DNA from: Candidatus Latescibacterota bacterium
GTDB lineage: Bacteria > Latescibacterota > UBA2968 > UBA8231
Direction of reading: 5' to 3'
Assembly: GCA_965261395.1 (NCBI GenBank)
Contig: OZ253462.1
Span: forward strand, 4,416,001 to 4,480,000
DNA length: 64,000 nt
Below are positions 19,622 through 31,187 of this stretch, piece by piece. The notes under the pieces were generated by a model. The model saw only the letters and a list, made by a program, of their open reading frames with translations, ran no database searches and was not told where the DNA came from. Both the position numbers and the translations under genes were made by a program. Positions within the stretch are counted from its first letter, which is position 1. The number at the start of each line of letters is the position of its first letter.

Positions 19622-20745
19622 ATGTCCGAACAGACCACGTACGATTTGCCTGATGCCTGCTTGTTGCGGGCGCTGGATGACGCTCACGAGAAGGGGTTCC
19701 GGGATTTTCTGCGCCATAACAAGCATGACGAAAGATGCGAAGCACATCTCAAGCAGGCTGCTGATGCGATGATAAATCTAGAAAAAGTAGTGACAGGGAA
19801 ATTTGTTCCCGACTATTATGATGACTCGTATCTGGCTGCTGCATACCTAGTCAAATACCACTTGAAACACTGCATCCTAGCGTCCTGGGCGTTTAAGAGC
19901 ATCTTTGACCGAGTTGGTGTTCCGAATACGCTGTATGTTTGTGACGTGGGAGCGGGTACTGGGGCCGGTCGTGTAGGTTTAGCTCTTGCCCTGTCCAAGT
20001 ATGGCAAACAACCCGAGATCTATTTTGACGCTCAGGAACCGGCAAAAGCAATGCGGTCCGCAGGTACTTTTTTCTGGCGAGCATTTCGATGTTCCGTGCC
20101 TGATTATTTTAATTATCGCCAATATCCTACTCCGAAAAATCCGCCCGAGCTTCCGGCTAATACGGTGCGTGTGGTTACGGCATTCTATTTGAGTCTGCCT
20201 TGGGATAACAACCAATGGTCCTCGTATTGGGAAGAAAGTGTAAAGCCTGCCAAGAATACCCTAGAAGAGGTATTTCGTTAGTTAGCCCTGATTTAGGGAT
20301 TTTCACCATCCCTAAATCAAAAAAGAAGGCTCTGTATAGAGTGGTAGACGATTCCTACGATTGGGATAAGGAATTCGGAACTGATATAGATATTCCCAAT
20401 GATCCTGATAATCCTCAGGATCCTGGCAGATCCCATTTTTATACTAACTGCGCAGTTGATTTTGGCTTTGAAGTACCTGAAGCGGAAGGAGACCCAATTA
20501 AATCTGTTCGTCGCAGGAGCCGTTATCGATTCAGTTCGCCGAAAGACAGCATGTTGTCCTATCGCGTTTCATCTCGTCGTGCAGAGTTGTTGAGGCAGGG
20601 GCGAAAAGAGGCTAAGAGCAAAGCTGCCGAGCAGGAAAGACTACAGGAGTGGAAAAAAGCTGAGGCCAAGCGCAAGATCGACGAGCAAGGCGAGAAAGCT
20701 GAACGCTATCGAAGAGCACTCCGCCTGTTAAAGCCGCTTTCCTAA
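19622..20745 (+). pseudogene. Class I SAM methyltransferase-like gene with a frameshift near 20278
   Basis: YLAAAYL..Y and DVGAGTGAG motifs in 19622..20281; reading continues in another frame (LVSPDLGIF...) to 20745; lower GC. Confidence 0.55.
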
Positions 20746-20757
20746 GGAGGTTTTGCA

Positions 20758-21693
20758 ATGACAGATTCTATACAGCAAGACCTGTTTGATTCCCTTGATC
20801 CCGGTGTGTCGCAGGATGTTTCCGGCCCCGATAAAACCGGCAAGGCTGCCGTGACGTATGTCCAGACGGGGCAGTTGCTGACGAAGCCGACCGGATTTAT
20901 GAACGCGTACGATTTTACGCTCAACCCGTATAGCGGCTGCTCGTTTGGCTGTACCTACTGCTACGCGGCGTTTTTCAGCCGGGATGCCGAAAAGCGCGAC
21001 ACGTGGGGCTATTGGGTTGATGTAAAAGAAAATGCAATCGAGCTGATGGATAAGCGCCGGAAGTCGCTGGACGACAAGCTCATCTATATGAGTAGCGTCA
21101 CCGATCCTTATCAGCCCATCGAGCGAGAATTGGAACTCACTCGCCGCCTGCTGGAAATTATGGCCGAGCGGCATAAGCCAAAATTGGTCGTCCAAACCCG
21201 CAGCCCATTGGTGGCGCGGGATTGCGACCTGTTCCAGCGCATTGAGGATAACGGTGGACGAGTACAGGTCAATATGACGGTCACCACCGACGATGAGGAC
21301 ATCCGGCGGACTTTTGAGCCGTTCTGTCCGGGTAATCACCGGCGATTGGAGGCCATCAAGGAAGTACAGGCGGCCGGTATTGATACCTGCATTACGATGA
21401 CGCCCCTGCTGCTGGTCAATAACAACCGTGACTTTGCCGATGCTCTGATTGATACCGGCGTCGAGAAATTTATCGCCCAGCCTTTTCACTTCCGGCAAGG
21501 GAAATTTCTGGCCGGCACGCGGGAGGGCGCGTATGACCTGATGGCGCAAAAGCTGGGCTGTGGGCGCAATGATTTTGAACGGGAGTATCTGGAACGCTAT
21601 CGGCAATTCTTTGGAGTACTCGACAACAAACTGCGGGAGAACGGGTTGCCACCTTTAGGTGAGGGGAAGGACGGGTTTGCTCCGCCGTTTTAG
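20758..21693 (+). CDS. Radical SAM protein, spore photoproduct lyase-like family
   Basis: LNPYSGCSFGCTYCYA, SSVTDPYQPIE; TAAGGAGG SD. Confidence 0.88.
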   Translation: MTDSIQQDLFDSLDPGVSQDVSGPDKTGKAAVTYVQTGQLLTKPTGFMNAYDFTLNPYSGCSFGCTYCYAAFFSRDAEKRDTWGYWVDVKENAIELMDKRRKSLDDKLIYMSSVTDPYQPIERELELTRRLLEIMAERHKPKLVVQTRSPLVARDCDLFQRIEDNGGRVQVNMTVTTDDEDIRRTFEPFCPGNHRRLEAIKEVQAAGIDTCITMTPLLLVNNNRDFADALIDTGVEKFIAQPFHFRQGKFLAGTREGAYDLMAQKLGCGRNDFEREYLERYRQFFGVLDNKLRENGLPPLGEGKDGFAPPF

Positions 21694-21793
21694 CCAGTCA
21701 ATCTAGCGGGCGGTGTGGAGCGCGGGTCGCTATCATCCTTTTTATTTACATTTTATACACGGATAACATCGGCACACACCCTGCCTCCAACTC

Positions 21794-22909
21794 ATGCGCC
21801 ACATTCTAGTCACAGGCGGTGCCGGCTTTATCGGCTCGCACACCGTAGATCGCCTCGTCGCCGCGGGCTATCGCGTCCGCATCCTCGACTCCCTACAGGA
21901 ACGAGTCCACCCCGAAGGCTGGCCCACCTATCTGCCCGCGGGCGTGGAAAAGATGCGCGGCGACGTGCGCCAACGCGCCGACTGGCTGGCCGCGCTCGAC
22001 GGCATCGACGGCGTCATCCATTTAGCGGCCTACCAAGACTACATGCCGGATTTTTCCACCTTCCACCACGTCAATACCGTCGGTGCCACCCTGCTCTACG
22101 AGCTGATCGTCGCCGAGAAGCTGCCCGTGCGGAAAGTGGTCTTGGCCTCGTCGCAAGCCGTCTATGGCGAGGGCAAGTACCGCTGCGACGAGCACGGCAT
22201 CGTCTATCCCGACGCCCGTCCCGACGCGCAGCTAGCCAGAGCCGAGTGGGAAGTCCGCTGCCCTCACTGCGCCGCTCCCCTCGAACACCAACCGATCACC
22301 GAAGACACCGTCAACCCTCACACCACCTATGGCATCTCCAAATACGCGGCTGAACTAACCTCCTCCAGCCTCGGCCGCAAATACGACATTCCCACGGTCA
22401 ACATGCGCTACTCCATCGTCCAGGGGCCGCGCAACTCCTTTTTCAATGCCTATTCGGGCATCGGCCGCATTTTTGCCCTCCGCGTCCTGCACGGCCAGCC
22501 CCCCGTCTGCTACGAGGATGGCCAATCGTTGCGCGACTACGTCTATGTCGGCGATGTGGCCCGCGCCAATGTCCTCTGTCTCGCAGACGAGCGCGCTGAT
22601 TTTCGCTCCTTCAATGTCGCCGGCCAGCGCGGTACCACCGTCCTTGAATACGCTCAGCTAGTAACGCGCATCGCCGGGCGGGCCATCGCACCGCTCGTAA
22701 GCGGAGAATACCGCTTTGGCGACACCCGCCACACCGTCTCCTCCGGCGAGGCCCTGCAAGCCCTCGGCTGGCAGCCCGAGATCCCGCTCGAACAGACCAT
22801 CGGCGAATACATCGAGTGGATCAAAAGGCAGCCCAACCTCGCGGACTTCTACGCGGCGGCCCAAGCGAATATGCGGGCCGCCAACGTCCTCCGCAGGGCT
22901 AGCGCGTGA
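21794..22909 (+). CDS. NAD-dependent epimerase/dehydratase
   Basis: GGAGFIG, YGISK, RDYVYVGD. Confidence 0.92.
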   Translation: MRHILVTGGAGFIGSHTVDRLVAAGYRVRILDSLQERVHPEGWPTYLPAGVEKMRGDVRQRADWLAALDGIDGVIHLAAYQDYMPDFSTFHHVNTVGATLLYELIVAEKLPVRKVVLASSQAVYGEGKYRCDEHGIVYPDARPDAQLARAEWEVRCPHCAAPLEHQPITEDTVNPHTTYGISKYAAELTSSSLGRKYDIPTVNMRYSIVQGPRNSFFNAYSGIGRIFALRVLHGQPPVCYEDGQSLRDYVYVGDVARANVLCLADERADFRSFNVAGQRGTTVLEYAQLVTRIAGRAIAPLVSGEYRFGDTRHTVSSGEALQALGWQPEIPLEQTIGEYIEWIKRQPNLADFYAAAQANMRAANVLRRASA

Positions 22910-23625
22910 AGGCAATGATCCTAGCCGCTGGGCGCGGCACGCGCCTGCGCCCACTCACCGACGCGACCCCCAAAGCGATGGTCCCCTTTGCCGGCAAACC
23001 CCTGCTCGAATACGTCGTGCGCCTGTTGGCCCGGCACGGATTCGACGACCTCATCATCAACCTCCACCACTTGCCCCAAGTCATCGCCGACTATTTCGGC
23101 GATGGTCGGGCCTGGGGGGTGTCGATCACCTATTCGCTGGAAGACGATCTGCTCGGCACCGCCGGCGCCGCGCGGCAAGTGGCCGACTTTTTCGACGGGC
23201 CTTTTTTAATGTACTACGGAGACAACCTGACCAACTTCGACCTAGGCGACCTGTGGCAGACCCACCAGCGCGAGGGCGAGATCGCCAGCATCGGGCTTTT
23301 GTGGATGGACGACCCCACCACGCGGGGCATCGTCGGTCTCGACGCGCACCACCGCATCGACCGCTTCGTCGAAAAACCGCGGCCCGACCAAGTATTCGAC
23401 AACTATTGGGTCAACGCCGGGATCTACGCCCTACAACCCGAAATCCTCGACCGTATCCCGCCCGACACCCCCTGCGACTTCAGCGAAGTCTTCGCCGACT
23501 TGCTCGCCGCCGGCCACCCCCTGCTCGGGCATCCCATGCGCGGTCAACTCCTTTCGACCGATACGCCAGAGCGCTACCGCCACGCCTGTCAGTGCGTGGA
23601 CTCGGGCGCGTTCGCCCTTCCTTGA
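22906..23625 (+). CDS. Sugar-phosphate nucleotidyltransferase
   Basis: LAAGRGTRLRPLT..PK, LGTAG, YGDN, FVEKP. Confidence 0.92.
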   Translation: MKAMILAAGRGTRLRPLTDATPKAMVPFAGKPLLEYVVRLLARHGFDDLIINLHHLPQVIADYFGDGRAWGVSITYSLEDDLLGTAGAARQVADFFDGPFLMYYGDNLTNFDLGDLWQTHQREGEIASIGLLWMDDPTTRGIVGLDAHHRIDRFVEKPRPDQVFDNYWVNAGIYALQPEILDRIPPDTPCDFSEVFADLLAAGHPLLGHPMRGQLLSTDTPERYRHACQCVDSGAFALP

Positions 23626-23637
23626 AACGAGGCTAGT

Positions 23638-24627
23638 TTGATCCTCACCAGAGCGCCGCTGCGCATTCCGCTCGGCGGCGGCGGCACCGACCTAGCGTCC
23701 TATTACACCCACTACGGGGGCTTTGTACTCAGCGCTGGCATCGACAAATACGTCTATATCCAGCTCAACGACCTCAAGGTGGAAGACTTCATTCGCGTCA
23801 AGTACTCGCAGACCGAAAAGGTCGATGCGCCCGACCAGATCCAACATCCCCTACTGCGCGAAGCCCTGATCCACGCCGGGATTGAGGGCGGGATCGAAAT
23901 AAGCGCGATGTCCGACGTACCGGGCCGCACCGGCCTAGGCTCTTCGGGCGCGTTCACCGTGGCGCTGCTGGCCGCGCTACACGCCTATAAGCGCCGCCAG
24001 CCCTCTCCCCAAGCGCTGGCGGAGGAAGCCCACTATATCGAAGCGGTGCGAGCCGCCCAGCCAGCGGGCAAACACGACCACTACTTGGGCACCTTCGGCG
24101 GCCTGACTTGCCTCGACATCGACACCAGCGGTCGCGTCGCTGTCGCGCCACTGGCGATCTCCGCACCCACCGCCGAGGCCCTAGCCGCCAACATGCTGGT
24201 CTTTTTTACCGGCATCCGGCGCGAGAGTTCGGACATCCTCACGCGGCAAAACCAAGACACCCAACAAGGCGACGACCGCGTACTAGATAGCCTGCATCAG
24301 ACCAAACAGATAGGCTACCAGATCAAGGAGGCGCTCGAACGGGATGCACTCGACCGCTTCGGCGAATTACTCCACGAGCACTGGATCGCCAAAAAACAGC
24401 GGGCGCAGCAGATATCCAATGCGGATATCGACCGCTGGTACGCGGCCGGCCGCGCCGCCGGTGCCCTCGGCGGCAAGCTGCTAGGGGCCGGCGGCGGTGG
24501 TTTCCTCATGTTCTATTGCCCGGCTGAACACCACGCCAAGCTACGCGCCACCATGGCCCAAGAGGGCCTGCGCGAGATGCCCTTCCACTTCGATATGGAA
24601 GGCACTAAAGTCCTGGCCACCCTCTGA
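23638..24627 (+). CDS. hddA: GHMP kinase, HddA-like heptose-7-phosphate kinase
   Basis: APLRIPLGGGGTD, PGRTGLGSS, GGKLLGAGGGG. Confidence 0.75.
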   Translation: MILTRAPLRIPLGGGGTDLASYYTHYGGFVLSAGIDKYVYIQLNDLKVEDFIRVKYSQTEKVDAPDQIQHPLLREALIHAGIEGGIEISAMSDVPGRTGLGSSGAFTVALLAALHAYKRRQPSPQALAEEAHYIEAVRAAQPAGKHDHYLGTFGGLTCLDIDTSGRVAVAPLAISAPTAEALAANMLVFFTGIRRESSDILTRQNQDTQQGDDRVLDSLHQTKQIGYQIKEALERDALDRFGELLHEHWIAKKQRAQQISNADIDRWYAAGRAAGALGGKLLGAGGGGFLMFYCPAEHHAKLRATMAQEGLREMPFHFDMEGTKVLATL

Positions 24628-25472
24628 TGCGTCGCTTACAGCTAGACGAGGCCGAGGCCGTACACCTGCCCGGCGGCGACCTTCGACTCGACGGGGGAAC
24701 TATGTTCGGCGTGGTACCCAAGGCCCTATGGCAACGCGAGTCCCCTCCAGATGAACACAACCGCATCCGCCTGTCGTGCAACTGCCTGCTCCTGAAAACG
24801 GGCCGCGAACTCGTGCTGTTCGACGCCGGGTTTGGCGAGCGCTTCTCCCCGCGCGAGCGCACCATGTACGGCATGGATGGCGCACATACATTGCGCGGCT
24901 CGCTCGACGCCGCCGGCGTGGCCCCAGAGGCAATTACCATGGTCGCGCTCACCCACCTGCACTTCGACCACTTCTGCGGCTGTCTCGTCGCAGGGCCTGC
25001 GGATCTAGCCCCGCTCTTTCCCAACGCCGTCCACGCGGTGCAGCGCGGCGAGTGGGACGACGCCTTGGCCGGCCGCAGCACCATGCGGAGCAGCTACCGG
25101 CCCGGGGAGTTGCACACCCTTGCCCGCCAAGTCGAGATGCGCTTCCTCGACGGCGACGGCGAATTGGCCCCCGGGCTGACGGCCTTTGTCACCGGCGGCC
25201 ACACTCGTGCCCATCAGGGCTTTCGCCTTGCGGCTGGCGGCCACACCCTCGTCTATCCCGGAGAGCTGATCCCCACGCGCCTTCATCTCCGGACCTATTG
25301 GAACATGGCCTACGACATGTTCCCCCATCAGACTTTGACTCGCAAACAGCACTTTGCTGCAGAGGCCGCCGCCCAGGGGTGGATCGTGGCTTGGGACCAC
25401 GATCCCGCCGCGCCTTGGAGCCGCATCGTCCAAGACGGCGAACACTTTGTTGCCCGCGAGGTGGAACTTTGA
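24627..25472 (+). CDS. MBL-fold metallohydrolase (YtnP-like)
   Basis: LDGGTMFGVVPK, THLHFDH, GGHT..H. Confidence 0.88.
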   Translation: MRRLQLDEAEAVHLPGGDLRLDGGTMFGVVPKALWQRESPPDEHNRIRLSCNCLLLKTGRELVLFDAGFGERFSPRERTMYGMDGAHTLRGSLDAAGVAPEAITMVALTHLHFDHFCGCLVAGPADLAPLFPNAVHAVQRGEWDDALAGRSTMRSSYRPGELHTLARQVEMRFLDGDGELAPGLTAFVTGGHTRAHQGFRLAAGGHTLVYPGELIPTRLHLRTYWNMAYDMFPHQTLTRKQHFAAEAAAQGWIVAWDHDPAAPWSRIVQDGEHFVAREVEL

Positions 25473-25497
25473 CCACGACTAGGCCATGCGTTACTTT
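25469..25497 (+). promoter_or_regulatory. sigma70-type promoter
   Basis: TTGACC-17nt-TACTTT, 10 nt before ATG 25508. Confidence 0.4.
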
Positions 25498-25507
25498 TAA
25501 CGCCACT

Positions 25508-25753
25508 ATGTCCTTGGAAGTCATTGAAATTCCCGCCGCGCACCGCGACCTGCTCAACCGCCTGTCCGAGCTAATTCCCGACCTCAAACCAGACTCGCCG
25601 CAGAGTTTGCAGCGGATCTTCGGCTTGGGACTGATCGCCCTAACCATGCAGATCACCAATAAGGCCCGCGCCCAAAATCAAGGCGACCTAGTCGCCGAGT
25701 TGGGCGACCTCGCCAAGTCTATGGTCGAGGCCGAAGGCTGGGTCTCGCTATGA
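25508..25753 (+). CDS. Small hypothetical protein (81 aa)
   Basis: MSLEVIEIP...; protein-like composition; ATGA overlap with SDR. Confidence 0.6.
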   Translation: MSLEVIEIPAAHRDLLNRLSELIPDLKPDSPQSLQRIFGLGLIALTMQITNKARAQNQGDLVAELGDLAKSMVEAEGWVSL

Positions 25754-26529
25754 TACCGCCCTCCTCGCTCGACCTCTTCAGCCTCAAGGGCCGCACGGCC
25801 TTGGTGACGGGCGGCAGCAAGGGGCTCGGAGAGGCCATGGCCTGTGCGCTGTCGGCGGCCGGTGCCGACGTGGCCCTCACCAGCCGCAATGAGGAAGAAG
25901 CCCGCGCCGCAGCCGCGCAAATCAGCGCCCATACCAACGGCCGCGTGCTCGCTTTCCAAGCCGACGCGGCCGACCGCGCCCAAGTGGAAGCCTCGGTCCG
26001 CCAAACCAGCGACGCCTTGGGCCCTATCGACATCCTAGTCAACAACGCTGGCATCAACATCCGCAGCCCCATCGTCGAGCTGCGCGACGAGGATTGGGAC
26101 GCGGTCATCGCCATCAACCTCACCGGCCCGATGTACTACTGCCGAGCCGTGGGGCCGCAGATGATCGAGCGCGGCTACGGTCGCGTCATCAACCTCGGGT
26201 CCACAGTCTCTCAGGTCTCAATCGCCGACCGCACGCCGTATGCATCAAGCAAGGGCGGCATCGTCCAGCTCACCAAGACCCTCGCCCTCGAATGGGCACG
26301 GCACGGGATCACCGTCAACGCCATCTGCCCCGGCCCTTTTATCACCCCGATCAATGCCATCCTGCTACAAGACCCGGCCAAGGCGCGCGAAATGATTGCC
26401 AAGGTTCCCATGGACCGTTGGGGCGACCCGGCCGAGCTAGCCACGGCCGTCCTCTACTTTGCTTCAGAAGCATCTGGCTTTACCACCGGGGCGACCCTAG
26501 TCGTCGACGGCGGATACACCGCTCAATAG
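25750..26529 (+). CDS. SDR oxidoreductase (KduD/IdnO-like)
   Basis: TGGSKGLG, NNAG, YASSK, VDGG. Confidence 0.92.
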   Translation: MIPPSSLDLFSLKGRTALVTGGSKGLGEAMACALSAAGADVALTSRNEEEARAAAAQISAHTNGRVLAFQADAADRAQVEASVRQTSDALGPIDILVNNAGINIRSPIVELRDEDWDAVIAINLTGPMYYCRAVGPQMIERGYGRVINLGSTVSQVSIADRTPYASSKGGIVQLTKTLALEWARHGITVNAICPGPFITPINAILLQDPAKAREMIAKVPMDRWGDPAELATAVLYFASEASGFTTGATLVVDGGYTAQ

Positions 26530-26535
26530 CACGGC

Positions 26536-27318
26536 TTAGAGCCGGCGACAAACCCTCTTAAAAGCAAACCGCGTCAAGCGGGGCAAGTGCTGGCGTAGCT
26601 TGATCAGCAAATGCGCGGCCACGTCTGGGACGCTCTTGCGCTTGCCCGCGGCTACGGCGTCGGCGATGGCCTCGGCCACTTCCTCCGCCGACTTGGCGAA
26701 CTTTTCCTGCACCGGCAGGTGCTGAGTACCCGCCCGCGCGGCAAACTCTGTATGCACCAAGCCCGGCCCCACAAGGTGGACGCCAATGCCCTGGGGTGCC
26801 AGCTCGTAGTCGAGACTTTCGGCCAAGCCGTTTACCGCGAATTTTGTCGCGCTGTACACGGCGTGCTTGGGCACGGGGAATTCGCCGGCAATACTCGATA
26901 TGAAGACCAACCGGCCCCGCCCTTGCGCTAGCATACCCGGTAGAAAGGCTCGCGTGCAGTAGATGACGCCGAGCAGGTTCGTCTGCACCACGGCCGCGCA
27001 TTCGCGCACATCCGCGTCGGCAAAGGAGCGGTAATACCCCCGACCCGCATTGTTGATCAGCACGTCGGCCTCGCCCCATTGCGCCTCCACCTCGGCGTGC
27101 AAAGCACCGACTTGGGCCAGATCGCTTACGTCGCACGGCACCACTAGCGGCTGGCGGCCGCCGCTGTCTTCAATTGCCGCCCCCAGTTCTGCTAGCGCCT
27201 CGGCGCGGCGCGCCACCAACACCAAGCGCGCCCCGCGCTCGGCTAGCACAAGGGCCAAGGCGCGACCGATGCCGCTGCTGGCCCCGGTCAGCACAACCCG
27301 CTGGTCATCCCAGTTCAT
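26536..27318 (-). CDS. SDR oxidoreductase
   Basis: Start MNWDDQ after GAGGG; TGASSGIG, NNAG, YSATK. Confidence 0.9.
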   Translation of the reverse strand: MNWDDQRVVLTGASSGIGRALALVLAERGARLVLVARRAEALAELGAAIEDSGGRQPLVVPCDVSDLAQVGALHAEVEAQWGEADVLINNAGRGYYRSFADADVRECAAVVQTNLLGVIYCTRAFLPGMLAQGRGRLVFISSIAGEFPVPKHAVYSATKFAVNGLAESLDYELAPQGIGVHLVGPGLVHTEFAARAGTQHLPVQEKFAKSAEEVAEAIADAVAAGKRKSVPDVAAHLLIKLRQHLPRLTRFAFKRVCRRL

Positions 27319-27529
27319 TATCCCCTCAATTTTTTCATAATGAGAATTAAATCTTCTTGTTGTCATTTGAAGAAAATATCGCAATAAGTTATTTTTAATA
27401 CACTTATCTATATTTATCCCCTTTTTTTGGAGATATATTGTCAATATAGGAAAATTTCCATTTGCGACTCTGCGTCAAGATACGGCATAAGTTCTTTATA
27501 AACAAAACACTAGCATAATTTTTGTCGTT

Positions 27530-27545
27530 TGGCACGAAAATTGCA
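27530..27545 (+). promoter_or_regulatory. sigma54 (-24/-12) promoter of groES-groEL
   Basis: TGGCACG-AAAA-TTGCA, exact match to TGGCACG-N4-TTGCW, 52 nt upstream of groES. Confidence 0.8.
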
Positions 27546-27597
27546 ATATCATATAGCATGTCATAACCATTTTACCTCATAAAAGGAGGAGCCAATC

Positions 27598-29540
<1,943 letters not shown>

Positions 29541-29560
29541 GGGACGCCTAGTAAACGCGC

Positions 29561-29600
29561 AAAAGCGGGCGGGGTGTTTCATCCCGCCCGCTTTCTTTTT
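29561..29600 (+). terminator. Rho-independent terminator
   Basis: AAAGCGGGCGGG-loop-CCCGCCCGCTTT followed by T tract. Confidence 0.85.
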
Positions 29601-29673
29601 ATTTAAATGTTGCAAAATGAATTGCTGAGTTGGATGCGCGACTCCAATCCACTACCTCCTTAAGGACCTACCC

Positions 29674-30783
29674 ATGCCCACCCTATACCAACGCCTAGGC
29701 CTGCGCCCTTTCATCAACGCCCGCGGCACCATCACCACACTCGGCGGCTCCATCATGCCCGCGCCCGTGGTCGAGGCGATGGCCGAAGCGTCGCGCCAAT
29801 TCGTCCATCTCAACGAGCTGCACGAAAAAGCCGGTGCCCGCATCGCCGCGCTCACCGGCGCTGAAGCGGCCTTTGTGTCTTCGGGCGCGGCCGGCGGCAT
29901 GCTCTTGGCCGGTGCAGCTTGCCTGACCGGTACGGACGCCCGCGCCATTGCGCAGCTTCCCGATGTCGGGGATCGGCCCAACCAGTTCGTCATCAGCTTG
30001 GTCGATTCGCATTACTACGTCCATCAGGGCTTTCGCCTCAGCGGCGGCGAACTGGTCAAAGTCGGGACCACCAAGAACGTGACGCTCGACGATTACGCCG
30101 CTGGTATCGGCCCCAAAACCGCGGCCGTAGTGTATTTCCTCGGCAGCCAGCCCCTATCCGAACTGCCCGCGCTCGTCGCCGCTGCCCACGAGCGCAACGT
30201 ACCGGTCATCGTCGATGCGGCCGCGCAATTGCCGCCGCGCTCCAACCTGACCGACCTGCCGGCCATGGGCTGCGACCTGTCGGTGTTCAGCGGCGGCAAG
30301 GGCCTGTTTGGGCCGCAGTCATCGGGCCTGATCTTGGGGCGCAAAGACCTAATTGCGGCATGCCACCTCAACTCCAACCCGCACTCGGCTATCGGCCGCG
30401 GCATGAAGGTCGGCAAAGAGGAAATCTGCGGCCTGCTGCGCGCCGTCGAGCTATTCTTTGAAATGGATGAAGCAGCGCAAGTGGCCGAGTGGGAGCGCCG
30501 CTGTCGGGTCATCGCCGAGGCCGTCGAGGGCATCGCTGGCATTAAGGCTAGTTTTACCAGCGCCTACGAGAACAAATTTCCGCCGGCCGAGCCGCTGGTG
30601 CATCTACACTTTGGCGACGCAGCCCCCTGCTCGGCCGGCGACGTAGTGCACGCGCTCGAAGCAGGCGAGCCGTCGATCTTGGTCAGCGGCGGCGACACCG
30701 CGCTCAGCGTTGGGCCGCAAACCCTCTTAGACGGCGAAGCCGAAATCATCGCCGACCGCCTCCACCGCATCTTAACCGCCTAA
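29674..30783 (+). CDS. SelA-like PLP-dependent enzyme (DgaE-related)
   Basis: INARGTITTLGGS, VDAAAQ, FSGGKGL.GPQSSG, GRGMKVGKEEI. Confidence 0.85.
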   Translation: MPTLYQRLGLRPFINARGTITTLGGSIMPAPVVEAMAEASRQFVHLNELHEKAGARIAALTGAEAAFVSSGAAGGMLLAGAACLTGTDARAIAQLPDVGDRPNQFVISLVDSHYYVHQGFRLSGGELVKVGTTKNVTLDDYAAGIGPKTAAVVYFLGSQPLSELPALVAAAHERNVPVIVDAAAQLPPRSNLTDLPAMGCDLSVFSGGKGLFGPQSSGLILGRKDLIAACHLNSNPHSAIGRGMKVGKEEICGLLRAVELFFEMDEAAQVAEWERRCRVIAEAVEGIAGIKASFTSAYENKFPPAEPLVHLHFGDAAPCSAGDVVHALEAGEPSILVSGGDTALSVGPQTLLDGEAEIIADRLHRILTA

Positions 30784-30808
30784 CCATCTCAACGAGGAGC
30801 CAACCGCC

Positions 30809-31114
30809 ATGACCGAAGACAAAACCACCCTCAGCGCCGCCGAAGTAGATGTCGAATTGCAAACCCTTGAAGGTTGGAGCCGCGACGGCATCATCATCTC
30901 GCGCGACTTCGTCTTTGCCAACTTCAAGGACATCACCTCGTTCCTCAACCACCTGACCAGCACCATCAGCGAGCAAAACCACCACCCCGACTTCTCCTTG
31001 GACACTGGCAAGCGCACCATCGCCGTCTCGGTAACTACCCACAGCGAAGGGGCTGTCACCCGCTCGGATATTCTCTTCGCCCGCACGCTCAACGAGTGGC
31101 AGCCGGGAAGCTGA
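30809..31114 (+). CDS. phhB: Pterin-4-alpha-carbinolamine dehydratase
   Basis: NHHPD and TTHSEG motifs. Confidence 0.88.
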   Translation: MTEDKTTLSAAEVDVELQTLEGWSRDGIIISRDFVFANFKDITSFLNHLTSTISEQNHHPDFSLDTGKRTIAVSVTTHSEGAVTRSDILFARTLNEWQPGS

Positions 31115-31187
31115 GTACACAACCGGCGTATCTGTCCCCGTAGGCGCTGAGATGCGTTGAAGGATGCCTAAGTAGTACCGGCGCTTC

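Noticed and set aside
19411-19638. Short ORFs on both strands at the islet edge
   Set aside because: No recognisable motif or SD; cannot support as genes
20758-21693. True spore photoproduct lyase
   Set aside because: Motifs fit the broader SPL-like family; no sporulation context
27320-27597. CIRCE element or ncRNA
   Set aside because: No CIRCE inverted repeat and no stable GC stem; best explained as a promoter/enhancer region
29674-30783. Selenocysteine synthase selA
   Set aside because: Shorter than true SelA, has the GRGMKVGKEE motif of the SelA-like group, and no selB/selC/selD nearby
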